Positions 1 through 12,090 of a stretch of 64,000 bases of DNA are shown piece after piece. Location of the stretch: the NCBI GenBank assembly GCA_965637545.1, contig OZ281494.1, positions 33,852,001 to 33,916,000 of the forward strand, read 5' to 3'. The first letter of the stretch is position 1; each line of letters starts with the position of its first letter. The position numbers were made by a program, and so were the translations under genes. A model generated the notes under the pieces. It did no database searches and was not told where the DNA came from. It saw nothing but the letters and a program-made list of their open reading frames with translations. The DNA comes from Phallusia mammillata (lineage: Eukaryota).

Positions 1-470
1 TGAGTAAGATTTGATTGATTTACAAAACTTTGACATTCCTCAATCGTAGCGTAAGACACGCGTATAAGCTCGAGATATAAAGCGTAGGAGGTAGAAAAAG
101 GAATTTTGCGTTATCACAAACGACTCTATTGTATGCGCCACTGGTTAAGTGGTGCCGTCTGATATATGTCTCCAAGCCGTTACCTTTTAGGGTAGGGGTT
201 TCGTTGGTGTGTCAAAACTGTCTGTTCACGCGGTCGAAAGGTTCACACAAGAATGATGATCGATTGATAACATACACTGCGATTTCTGTATTTTTCCCAG
301 AGCGACATATTTTCTCAGTGAAGTCAGATTGTAATATAACGTCTGACGGGTTCTTGACGGCTGTTTCAATATTGGGCAAATTCATATTAATATTGTTCGT
401 CTATTTATTGTAGGTTATTTTTCTTTTCAACCAATGACCGCAATTGTTAACGGAGAGGGTTGGGTCTATT

Positions 471-1040
471 TCAGTTCGAAGAGGTATATTCCATTTCGAT
501 AGCATAAGAACTTTTCAAATATTCCACCTGTAGTTCATCATTTAAAGTAGGGAGTTTCTGAAACGATTCGATCCCACAAGAAAGTTCTACATGAACAAGC
601 CAAATGTTGACTGACAAGTATTGTAATGTAATTGGCGATTGTCCTTTTCGTTGTGAAAAGGACAATCGTTGTGAATTTTCGTTGTTTTTCCATTTTTTAA
701 CAATTACAGGAACAATCCATTTTCGAATGGGACATTTTCGTTTTACCGCATTAAGAGGTTTCGTCCCAATATGACCAACATCTGTACTGGCGGTTACACT
801 TAACCACAGAATCCAGTTACGGTTTTCCCTTTGTCCCATCGCACATGTCAGTCTGTGGTGTTCGGGGCCAGACGCGATCTGATTAAATGTCTTGCAAAGT
901 TGAAATTTCGGAAATTCCCCGACAGATGGCGTCGGAACATTGCCACATCTGTCACGTGACTTCAAACCCTTACTCGGGTCCAAAGTCCACGAGTCGTAAA
1001 TCTTCTTAAATTTCCACGTGTTTGCGATGGGTTTTAACAT
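471..1040 (-). CDS. Orphan 189-aa ORF, product unknown (possible terminal exon or element relic)
   Basis: Longest ORF not explained by the two genes. The frame is open from about 1070 and has an acceptor-like TTTCTTGATTATTCAG upstream on the - strand. No recognisable motif. Confidence 0.25.
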   Translation of the reverse strand: MLKPIANTWKFKKIYDSWTLDPSKGLKSRDRCGNVPTPSVGEFPKFQLCKTFNQIASGPEHHRLTCAMGQRENRNWILWLSVTASTDVGHIGTKPLNAVKRKCPIRKWIVPVIVKKWKNNENSQRLSFSQRKGQSPITLQYLSVNIWLVHVELSCGIESFQKLPTLNDELQVEYLKSSYAIEMEYTSSN

Positions 1041-1993
1041 TGCGCAGTTATTTCCCGGTTTGCTGAATAATCAAGAAAGTAGAACGTTGTTTTTGTTTGT
1101 AACTTTCTACCACTTCTACTCTTATTTCTTGTCTCATTTTAATCGCGAAAACGTTCTGGATCAGTTTAAATTCGATTACGATAATAATGAGAGTTATGAG
1201 TTGTCTTTGGTGCATTTGGTAACCCACAAGTGTGTTAGTTGTTAACCGGGTTGGCTAGGCTGATAATCGCAAAACTTAATTAACATTTATACATATACAT
1301 GTATTCGTATTCTAACGTTGGTGATTCAATACAAATTCCTGCTATACAACCTTAAACCAATTCCCACCATCTTTAAACATATTTCCTTCTGTTGTCGCAA
1401 AACATGCTCTGGATCAGCTCAAACTTGAACATGAAAACTTGAAGGTTGGAAATTAAAAATTCTTTTCACTGAACGTGGACGCAAGTTGCGGGGGGATGTT
1501 CGATCTTGAAGTCGTGGGAAGGCATTGAAACAGCGTCAGCAAGAGGTCAAGTATCTGGGAGCCTGATGACTCAATGTATATATTGCTTCGTGGAGTGTGT
1601 TCCCACTTTATACGTGATGTATTTACATAACAAGTGATGATTGATGGTGACAAGAAAAAGTTTGATCTTTTGGCAAGTTCCATCAATCACTTGTCACGCT
1701 TTTTTGCCGTTTAAACTCGCTTTGAAATTGTTTTATTGAGATAGACTGTCAACGTTAACCAGGTTAGCTCAATTTCCGTGACGGTTCAACAAAAATACAA
1801 TTTTTTAGCAATACAGTGAATAGCGTAACTTGTTAGTTTTCTTAGTTTTAACTCCCGACTTTTATGATTTAAAATTCCCTTTCACCCATTCCCTTTTATC
1901 ATCGAAAACATGAGAATAAATAACCTATAACAGCAAACACGGAGAAAATAATTTAAACAGACACAACACCTCGAATATCTAAATAAATAAATT

Positions 1994-2025
1994 AGCCCGC
2001 AGTGGGATTTGAACTCGTAACCTAT
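1994..2025 (-). mobile_element. tRNA-derived short repeat fragment (T-arm/B-box plus 3' end)
   Basis: Minus strand reads AGGTTACGAGTTCAAATCCCACTGCGGGCTAATTTT, the same layout as the 3' half of the 15,080 element. Confidence 0.55.
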
Positions 2026-3329
2026 TTTTTCAAAAGTTGTGTTTTTTTTTCAACCTTCTGGCCAAGTCTAAAACCCGATCCTTTTTTGGAGTGATATAGC
2101 ACTCCATGTGGAATGCGTTCAACATAACAAATATAATTGATGGAAGTTCCCGGGAATCTTGTCTCAGCTGGGGTCCATCCTCTTACAACTCATAAATAAA
2201 TAATTTGATGGTTATCTCCAGCCGTTGTCGAAAGAATGCCACGTCGGAACTCTTGTCCGGTATGCCCTTATGTCAACGACAAGCAGATAAATTCGTTTTA
2301 GTTTGTTTGCTGATATTTAAGGCTTTTTTTGTTTTGTTTGACGTTTTTTGCCAATAATTGTTTTCTTTCTTTTGCAAAACAAAAACTCCACATAACAAAT
2401 GTCTTAAGAGTTGATTTTTTTTCTTCACACAAATAAGGCTTTGAAAACCAAGCAGCAAGTCGACTTCAGCTTGACTCCTTGTTTGACTCTGCGGTGTATT
2501 TGTTTTCTACCAAGTGTGGTTCCGCATTCTTTGGCTTGTTTGCTACTTTAACTAAGTGGATTGTAGTAAGGTCGGATTGTGGGTGTTAAATACGAGGCTG
2601 TTCGAAAAAGATTTGTTTTTGTTTTTCACACAAAGATGAACATATATAGGAGCATTTGGTATCGGGATTTGTAGCTTAGAAGGTGTTGACTCGTTATGTA
2701 GTTGATCCTGACAATATCGCAAATCTCTGCAACTGCGCTTGAAACCCGATCAGTGCGCCTACGATTTCTATGAAAGCATGACTCATTGTGAAGATACAGC
2801 GGAAGACAGAACAGCACTACTGAGATATCAGCGGCTAGACGTCGGCTATACAACTATCCTTTATTCCTGGTGTTTATCGTAAAAATATCAAAACCGCGAT
2901 CGTAGCTCCTGACAAAAGTAATTTTTCCTGTTCAGATGTTAAAGAGTTTCACCAATTTTGAATGACATTGGTTCTTGAGCACAGCCCTGCATACAAAGCG
3001 ACCGCTTGTGTACAAACATTTACTGGATGCTTTTGTTTATCTGATACAAACTTTAGTTGTTGTTGCAAGTACATCAAAACGCCGTGCCATGTTCAAAACG
3101 ATAGAGTGCCTTTACCCTTTAACGTCTATCTTCGGGTCTACAGCGTGGTTGGATGCAATGTTGCACTGTATTTGCAAGAGGTTCTTTTTGAAATATTCTA
3201 AATTGTACAATATAAATAATACAGTAAATAAAGTATGGTTTAATGAAAGAAAGCTCCGAGAATTGCAAAAGACGCAAAAAGATTCCAAACTTTTTTCCGT
3301 TTGATTTTAAGTTGAATAAACACTACACC

Positions 3330-3900
3330 TGCTTGTCAGCCCCGGTTGAAAACTGTTTGAAACAGATTCGAGTTCAGGTTTCCACACGTGTAATAGATCG
3401 CTGCCCGAATACGGAAATCGCGTTTTCTCGTTCCCCGCTACGTCATCGACGGACACTTGCGCGCGAACTCGACAATGCGAAGTTATGACGTCACAATCGC
3501 CATCGACATTCTTGAGCCTGGGAATAGATTCTGTTTTGCGGCGGCATCGCGCGCGTTCCACAACAGACCGCGAGAATTTTTATTCGAAAATACCAACATG
3601 GAGTGTGACGTCATAGAGGCACTTGTGTGTATTTCTAGTGAAACTTGACACCGAAATAGCGGAGATATTTTATACTCCCCCTATTTGCGAGTATGTCTCG
3701 GTGAAGAATTGGAGGGCACCCCCCCTTTGACGTCATAATGGGGGGGGAGGGGCGGTAGCGCGTAAAGACTTCTATCCGGTCAAACAGTAGCGTCCTGTTG
3801 ACGCAGATGAGTCTTGCCTTACAGGAAAGTTTTGTCCACATTGCACCGACTTTTTGCGAAGCCTTCAAACACATGACGTCATGACTTGATGACGTCAACC
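3330..3900. promoter_or_regulatory. CpG-rich island with five TGACGTCA (CRE/ATF) palindromes
   Basis: TGACGTCA at 3486, 3606, 3728, 3874 and 3890; dense CpG; G/C runs at about 3717-3755. Confidence 0.45.
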
Positions 3901-4480
3901 GCCAGTTGGTGCAATCTATCAAAAGTTATAAAGGCGGATTCGATTTACTTAAAATGGTCTGTGGGATTGTGGAAAGTTTATGGTTAATCGCATTCAAGTG
4001 GACATTCACGTTTGTGGCAAGGTTGGCTTGACTTTCTCCTTCACCAGATAATCAAGACGAATCGCTACTCTCCTGTCTTCTTAAATGCAAGTTTTAATGC
4101 CTTTCCAAATACTCCGGCTGTAATGGCGCCACGGAATTGATTCTACACGTTGCATCATTTGTCTTCGTACCAACCATCCTCACTCACAAGTTATTCCATC
4201 TAAAACTTCAGCATTACTTAAAAGTATTTTCTTTAAAACTTCAGTGCAGTTTTGTCCAACTCTAAGAATTTTGTCAAAGCCATATTAAGAACCACTATTC
4301 ATTAAAGACAACAACATCGTCTGTAATATTAAGCGATGGAACGAAAATCAGTTTTGCAAAGTCCAATTGTGAATGTATGCAAGGAATGCCCATAGCGTAT
4401 TATTTACTTATATTCTTGTGCTTAGTGGTGTAATGCTACAAACCCGTAAAAAACAAGTATGTATGCTTATAGGTATAGCC

Positions 4481-4741
4481 CAGGGGTGGGCAACCTTTGT
4501 TACTGTATGGCCAATTATAATTGTCAAAATTAGATCGAGGGCCGCACATGTGCATCACACAAAGTGATTTTTCTTTGTTTCTTACCAAATATGCTTAACT
4601 ACAAGCATAATTCGTACTTCAATCGCATTAATCAGCTCAAAAATATGTAATAATTGGACTTGTTTGCCAGTACTTTTGAAATCCACGCGTCTCTGCGGGC
4701 CGCACAAGCTTTAGTAAAGGGCCGCAGGTTGCCCACTCCTG
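4481..4741. mobile_element. hAT (Charlie-like) MITE, 261 bp
   Basis: Termini CAGGGGTGGGCAACCT ... AGGTTGCCCACTCCTG (16-bp TIR, 1 mismatch); perfect 8-bp TSD GTATAGCC at 4473-4480 and 4742-4749. Confidence 0.9.
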
Positions 4742-7700
4742 GTATAGCCCTTGACGATATTAATCTTATTGTTTTGCGTCTTTTGCTAAAGGTTTTTTGC
4801 TGTTTTTCTTTAAGTACGAAGGTAGCCCTATATGAAACTTATTGTCTGTGCTACATTAGTGTCATAAATGGTAATGCCAGTGTCAAAAAAGTTACTTTTA
4901 ATTAGTGCAACACTATTTTACGTTTGAATGTCATGTGCTCCACGTGTGTTCTTTACCGGGCCTTCAGGCTGTTAAACTTTAGGATTAAAGAGAAATAGTA
5001 ACCACTGTTTGCAAACAATGGCATAACTCGTGACCAGGGTTGCTAGAATTAGACTTTTCTCGCTGATGGAAATTTCCGAAGTGTTGCCATTACCGATTCT
5101 TCCTGGTGCAATTCTTTCAACTGATGCAAACCACATGCTTTTCTTCAAAGGCGTGAGAAACATGACTCAGCATTTCCGGGTTTCGCTTGGTCATGCGGAT
5201 ATGAAACTGTTAATTTCTTAGTAACCTACAACAGTAGAATTACTTCCTTTGTTTCAGAAGGACCAACTTAAGGAATTTTTTTGCAAAATGTTAAAAATTC
5301 ATTTAAATAGATTTCATTGAGTCCATGCGAATACGTTTCTTGACGTTTTTTTTTGTCTTTATATCATTCAACCACCTCGTGTTCTTGCAAGACTGTTTAA
5401 TTTTAGGCAATTGCAACAAAAAATAATCGGTATTTTGCGTTGAGGTAAAGGAAAGGGTTATTTTGATCTTGACATTATTGATGTGTCACCACAGAACATA
5501 AAGTATTCATATTTAAGTATTTTTTACATTGATAAAATACAATTTCAGCACATTTGAAGCACTTTCAAAAAAGACCTTTGGTTTCCTACAGTGTTGCACC
5601 ATACTAGCGTAACACTTATTCTTAAAAACAAGTCTGAAAATCTCCATACATAATTGTTGTTTTCCATTATTCCACTGAATCGAGTAGCCAAGTTTTCAGC
5701 AGGGGGAGAAAGTTAAAACAAAGTGCTTCAAATTCGAGTCATCAGCAAAAATCGTCATCTTTAGATAAAACTCCCTCCTGTACGTCATGTTTCTTACTTG
5801 TGTTCCTCTTATGACGTATTCTGACGTCACGAGTGGGGGTAGGAGCCATGGAGGGCTCACTAATTAAACTTCCTGACATGGTAATGATGTTGTTTACCAG
5901 ACATGTGGAAGTTAAAAAGTGGCGCGATTTTATGTTTTGCGGATCGAAATTCGAAAGTTTTCGACACGAAACGACGATGAGTCAAACGGTAACGACCTGG
6001 CACGGTGTCAATACGTGTGAAGATAACTACCCATGATACGACTTTCTTCAATCTTGTGCACGTAACAGAAACGTAACAACTGACTTAATTGTTTCCGTTT
6101 TGTTAAATATTTGGTGTTAGATGGAGATTTTCTCTCTTGACCAAACGTCTAATGGGGAATTTTGGACATTTTCGTTATTTGTTTTAAGCGTGAGCTTTCA
6201 AAATTGCAGAAATCGCATTTTTAAAAACATTGTCCGCTTGCAGGGTTCTAAATTCACAGATTAGCTAAACATACTTAAGTCGTTTTTTTATTGGGTAGAC
6301 AACCTCCCTCAGAATTAGCCCAGGAAAGAAAACCCGAACTACGTCAGGTCTGAAAATTAAACAATAATTACCACATCAAAGGAAGCAATCTTAGAGGAAA
6401 TAATTTCCCCGCCATAGCGAAAACTGCATGGTGTTTCCCCCTAATGTTTTTTCAAAATATTTTCAAACTATGATTTAGTTTCGAAGCAAATCCTCCTCGG
6501 GAAACTCCCTTTTCCACATATTTATTAATGACGTCAATTAGTGCTTCCTCGGTATTTTTCAATTCACGACACAAACACTTCCATAATCATGTACAACATC
6601 CCGAAAATTCAACCTACTAAAAGTACCGGCAGGTTGAACACGACTTGGTCCTTATTACGTCACAGTATCCGTGTGATGTCACAATGGGGGTAACGCGACT
6701 CCGAGATCGGATACACGCGAATCACCTAAACACGTAAAGGTATGACTCGAATTGAATGTTTGTAGTCTTTGGCACGATAGAATCTAATTACTGTTGTTTT
6801 TATGGCGACTCTCTGTAAAATAGAACTCCTATAGCTTGTCAGTTCGATGTGAGATTTTCCACGATATGGAAATGCCCTGAAAAAGTTTGTCACGCGTTTT
6901 GTATTGTTTGAAAGTATCACTTTCAGCGTCTGATGACCTGCTCGGATTTCTGCGTATTGGAACTTGTCGCTAGGCCACGATTTGTCCATAATCGTTTCCA
7001 TGTGTGACGTTAAAACCTCTGGTCTAGAGCTCAAATTTCAGAGTTCCAAATACCACACTAATCCATCAGGATTTTATGACATTTTTACCTCAGTGAATCG
7101 TGTACTGATTTGTAACACGATTATCTTTTTGTCAAAATTCCTGTTTTGCTGTTTCTTTAGAAACTGTTTTTACAAATGTTAGTTTTGCTCTCATTTCCAT
7201 GCAGGGAAGCTCACCCAAAAAATGTAGAATACTGTGCATTGCGAAGAAAAAAGTATGCGTCACAACACAAAAGACATAAGCTCACTTAACACTATGTTTT
7301 TAAAACTTAAAGATGTTAAAGTTTAGATGGATGTTTTGCAATTGTTTATTGGTGGGTTTCACTAGCAGCGGGCCTACACTAGTGGTCCCTGAAAAAAGCA
7401 GCTTCAGTTTGGCCCCACATAGGTCCCCAACTGAAAAACGGTGTTCTCATTATATATCTGCAGCTGCCAATGTCTGGAGTACAAACAAAATGATGAAAGA
7501 TGTTAAAGAACGGTTCCAATCGCGTTAGATTATTTCCCTATTGTATTTAAGCCTGAAAATCCTAAAAGATAAAAATGGTGTAGAAAGGAAAGCGTTAAAA
7601 CCCGGTCATTTGGTCACGGGTTTCGGTTGCTGTTCTACAAATACTTGCAATATTTCTAAGTTAGCGCGGAAGTTATTAAGTCACCAGGAAGTATTTGTTA

Positions 7701-7948
7701 TTGTTTACCGAGCAACAATTTGTATTCATGTCTCTGTTTCTATTTTTACGTAAGGAAGTACTACGTCACAATACTATCTATACGTGTCGTCATAGGAGTT
7801 TTATTTTTGTTTCTCTGAAAACGTGCAGCATCCGAAATTGGACATCCTGTGAAACTGGCCGCCGCTGGGTGATTGTTGTTGCTAAAGTCAGAAAAACCGT
7901 AACGAAACAAAGATCTTACGTTATGCATAAAAATTGAGACCTTTAGGG

Positions 7949-8439
7949 CAGGGGTCTCAAACTCAAACTGCTTTGAGGGCCCAAAAACAAACTTTTAAGT
8001 AAGTCGAGGGCCACACTATCGAAACATTTGTTACAGTGTAACATGACAACAGACATATTGCGCCATTAAAAAGGGAAATGTTTATTAATCTCGTTGTCTT
8101 TATTAAACAAACAATATTGTAATAAATATCAAACAAATATACAGTGTAGCAAAGTGAAAGAGCCAACTCTGTTGTGTGGAAACAATGGCTTACAGTGACG
8201 CAACAATAAAAAAATGACGCAACAATTGCAATTGCTGATTCTCAAGATGGACAATTTCGATCATGCCAATTAAACGTTGCAAATACTGCTATCAGAGAAT
8301 GATTATATCATGTAAACTCACTAGTTTGACAGGGTATTCCGCCCGACTAAAACACATTTAAAAGTTCCTTCGTACTGGACCGCACAAAAACCCTTGGAGA
8401 GCCGCATGTGGCCCGCGGCCCGCGTGTTTGAGACCCCTG
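7949..8439. mobile_element. hAT (Charlie-like) MITE, 491 bp
   Basis: TIR CAGGGGTCTCAAAC ... GTTTGAGACCCCTG; perfect TSD CTTTAGGG at 7941-7948 and 8440-8447; subterminal GGCCCGC motifs. Confidence 0.92.
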
Positions 8440-8603
8440 CTTTAGGGTACATGCATGGGTCATAAATGTGTGCTGTGTTTGCGGAACTTGCCAATAAAAA
8501 AAAGCTTTAGTGATATTTTGGATCAAAAAGTGAACGCTTTAGTCGTTCGCGAGCCTGAATTTTTCACAAAACTTTTAAAAGTGAAATTAGCACACATTTG
8601 CTA

Positions 8604-8690
8604 CCGAGTTTGAAGTGAGGCCCGAACCAAGCACGTTATATTCAATCTTAAGCCCGAACCCGACCTGAACAGCCCGACCCGACTTACAAC
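8604..8690 (+). repeat. ~90-bp dispersed mini-element (GCCCGAACCCGAC...GACTTACAAC family), copy 1
   Basis: Similar to 25,861, 43,854 and 46,999; imperfect terminal inversion of the GTTGTAAGTC/GACTTACAAC type. Confidence 0.7.
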
Positions 8691-11039
8691 AGTGGTTTGC
8701 TTCTGAAAAACAAAAATCAGGCGATCACTGATGCGTAACGCTTTCTGCAAAGCTGCATCGTTCCATGTTTTGCCAACAATTTGACCGGTTGACCTTGTTA
8801 CGACCTCCACGGCCTCCAAAATTTCCATGTTTATGCTTTACCGGCGAGATAAGGCCAAATATAGTTGGTAGCAACACCGGGTGAGCTTCCAAATTCGTCT
8901 GGAGGCGCTGGTTTTGCTATTTTCATATTTCCGATCATGATTCATGCTCAGCGCGATCGGAAGTGAGTTTCGGCGCCAAAAAGCTTCGGAATTATTTGCA
9001 CGCGAAGTCTTCAGCTCAATCGGATGTTTTTTTGCAACCGCATCTGGTTTCCTGATCCTGGTGTTGTTTTGTGATTTATTTGGCGGTAAACGGACGAAAG
9101 TTGCAAAACCGAAACTGAACTTTGGCGTATGTCCGTACAAGGATATGAAGCGTGTTTTCTGAACAATTGTAAGCAAAAAAATGCCAGGAACAAGCAAGGA
9201 AAATATGTCACGCATCATATAAATAAAATATTTTGCAGACTTGCAAATATGCATTAACTATTTCATACAATAAACTGGGTATCGACCTATGCAAAGAGAA
9301 AAATGAAAGAAGGAATATGTTGCAGGTTATGTTGCACAATTTCCTTTGATTTCCACCTGTTGTTATCCTCGCATCACCAGAACGCAGCTAACCTCCCCCA
9401 AACACACGATTTGTACACAAAATATTTCCTTCTAACAAAACGTTAAAAAAAATTTGCACAGTTATTTATTTGATATCTAGGCTATCTGACATATAAGACC
9501 GTTGGATAGGTCGACGACCACACCGGCTTGTGCGAATTGGGTAGTTGTCTTATTTGTTTATGCACAAGTTGGCACAGAATAGATGCACCATAGAAAATAA
9601 TCTCCTGGTGACGTCATTGACAAAGATTGCGCAAGAGTCTTTTTTTTTAAAAGCGTGCATTAAATGTCTAAACGCAAAACAATTTTAGCATCCCAATAAG
9701 GGGTATGAAAAACACCTCACAAAAAGATCCATATTTTTCCACACATTTTAACAGCCATTGGTCCATGATCTCATCGATAAAATGGCGTACGTTTAATCAT
9801 CAGCAATTCCAAGTGCCGCTTTTTTTGCTGATTGCTCATTGATGCAGCGGAAGGGACATTGGCCACGCGAGCCACGTCAAACCGGTCAATCATCTTTTAT
9901 GACGCCTCACAATCGCGCCATGGCGTCTGCTGCAAGCGAACATGCATCAAAACAAATTGTGTACAATCATCACCGGTTTTGAAGGGTTCACAATTTTCAA
10001 GGCATTTCGTAATTTCTTGTGCCTGTGACGTAATCTTTTCGTTATGCGCGTCATAAAGTTGAAAACAGTTGCAAAACAAGTGTTTTTATGGCATCGTTCC
10101 CACAGCTGTGTACTGCTCCCTGCCAACGTTGCCTATATTGGTCAGGAGCCAGGTAGAATGTTGGTTGCTTCAAAAAATCTGCGCATAAACCAAGTTGACC
10201 TTAGCAGTTCAAATGTTTGACTATCAGCAAGCTTTGTGTAGTCAATCGCATCCAAATTATCTTTCGTCGGTTTACCATAACTTGTGGTCATTGTGTTGCA
10301 ATTAATTTCTAAAGAAAACTTTTTTTTTCAAAAACCAATAAATGTTTGCTGAATTTTCCGAATAACCTTTACATAGTTCATTGCATGTAGCTCGTTCGTT
10401 AACTAGCTTCGCACAAGCATTTCAACAAGTCCGATGTTACTTTCACTATTTTGATTCCCATCTGTTTCTATTTGCGGTCTTTCCAAAGACTTTTTCTTGT
10501 CAAGCTGTGCGCGCGCTTTTCATGTATATTGCTTCCGATTGCCGCTCAATGTGTCCCGGTGTTAATTTGAATGCTCTGTGAAACTGCACCTGGACTTGCA
10601 CTGTGTAAACTCGTGTGTGGCTTTTCATGCTGCAAAGTTGCATTAAATCTGCTTGTTGGGGAAATGTTTTGTTCAAGTACCGAAGCTGTTTTGTGCAGCT
10701 GTGTGCTTCAATGCCCAAAGGCCCAATCTGGCTTTCAACGTATGTTTTCCATTCATGCAAACTATTGATGCCAGGCATAATATGAACCTTATTAACCTTA
10801 CCGGTAAATGTTTTTCTGATAAGCACTCAAAATTGCCCAGCTCGACACTTCTTTTTCAACTTGGTCTTACTCTAGGAAATGGGACTTATATGTTTGATCT
10901 CCTACTTTTTATTATGGACGGCCGGAATTAGATTGCATTGTAGCTTAGTGAAATAATGTTTATGGTGTATTGATTTTACTGGGATTGAATTTCAGTCAAC
11001 CCATGGAGTTAAAAAAGTACTTCCTCTAAATTTACGCTG

Positions 11040-11115
11040 AAATGGTCTAGACGGGATTGGAACCGTGAACCTTCGGAGTGTACGATTTGAACTTTCCACT
11101 TGATTCAAAGTAAAA
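11040..11115 (-). mobile_element. tRNA-derived element / SINE head
   Basis: Minus strand TCAAGTGGAAAG (A-box-like) ... GAAGGTTCACGGTTCCAATCCCGTCTAGACCA (T-arm, CCA-like end); no intact cloverleaf. Confidence 0.5.
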
Positions 11116-11679
11116 TTTCTGTTGGTTTTACTTTGGACTTGTGCGTCTGAGATGACGTGTTGGAAATATGATGTAATTTAACACCTACATTGGCAGACAA
11201 ATCATAAAAATCATTTTCTGTGAAAGCAAATTACTTTGAAATAAAAACCACTTTTGTCTCAATTGTTTGCCGACTAAACCGTAGACAATAAATTACAGCC
11301 ACCATTCGCGCTTTTATAAGTGCTTTGTCTAGCCGCGACTTCTTAAGCAAAACCAACAAATGAATCACATTTATTTTGCTCATGTCCTACACACTTAAGC
11401 ACTGGTCTTGCGAAAGTTGCCGTTTGGGTTTCTAAAAATAACTCCAACGGTTTTCTGCGCGTGCGGACACGAGTATGTTTGACGTGAGATTCTTGCGGAA
11501 CCGTAAGACAACCGCTGACACCTTTTTCCTTTTGTTTTCGCTGCCGCTGTGACAAAAATAAATACCCAACCCCCTGGAGGCATTGGAGAATGGCGTGCGT
11601 GGGCTAAAGGGTGCGGCGTGCGTAAAAACGTCACATAACCACGTAATTAATAACTTTCGGATGATAAATCTTATTCCAC

Positions 11680-12090
11680 GTTGCATTTGCGTTTTAAAAG
11701 TAGACACCTCCTGTTAGGCCTTGTAATGACCTTTTAGGTGAGAAGCTTGCTGTTTTTTTCTCAATACAAATTAACGTGAAAATTAACTTGCAACGTTTTT
11801 TACTTTTCACGTATCTTACTTTGCCGTGCGTTTATGTCCCAAAATAGACGCCACCTGTTAAGCCTCGTGATAACCTTTGTGTTGGAAGTCTGCCGTTTTT
11901 TCTCAATACGAATCAACGCAAAGACGTAGCTTCGAGAGTTTTTCCACTTTTCACGTTGCAATAACGAACGTTGCAGTAGTTGTGTCTAAAAATATACACC
12001 AACCGTGATGACCGAGGCATAGCTTGTTAGCAGCGTTGTTTCTCAATACAGATCAACGTAGAAACTTTAAAACTTGAAACGTTTTATTGT
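11680..12090. repeat. Degenerate tandem repeat, ~141-bp unit, about 3 copies
   Basis: Anchor CTCAATAC at 11,760, 11,902 and 12,042; unit starts TAGACACC, TAGACGCC, TATACACC; CACTTTTCACGT-like motif recurs. Confidence 0.8.

Noticed and set aside
1530-1565. QEVKYLG resembling an RT thumb motif
   Set aside because: Isolated 7-mer bounded by stops, with no YADD/YVDD motif upstream.
2626-2900. LAADISVVLFCLP resembling GPCR TM2
   Set aside because: No TM1 GN motif in frame, wrong Cys-to-DRY spacing, and no further helices.
8838-9254. 138-aa minus ORF with RKPDAV, THAP-like
   Set aside because: Lacks the C2CH ligands, the conserved Trp and the AVPTIF motif.
11680-12090. CRISPR-like repeat-spacer array
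   Set aside because: Whole units are homologous rather than identical repeats with unique spacers; eukaryotic context and no cas genes.
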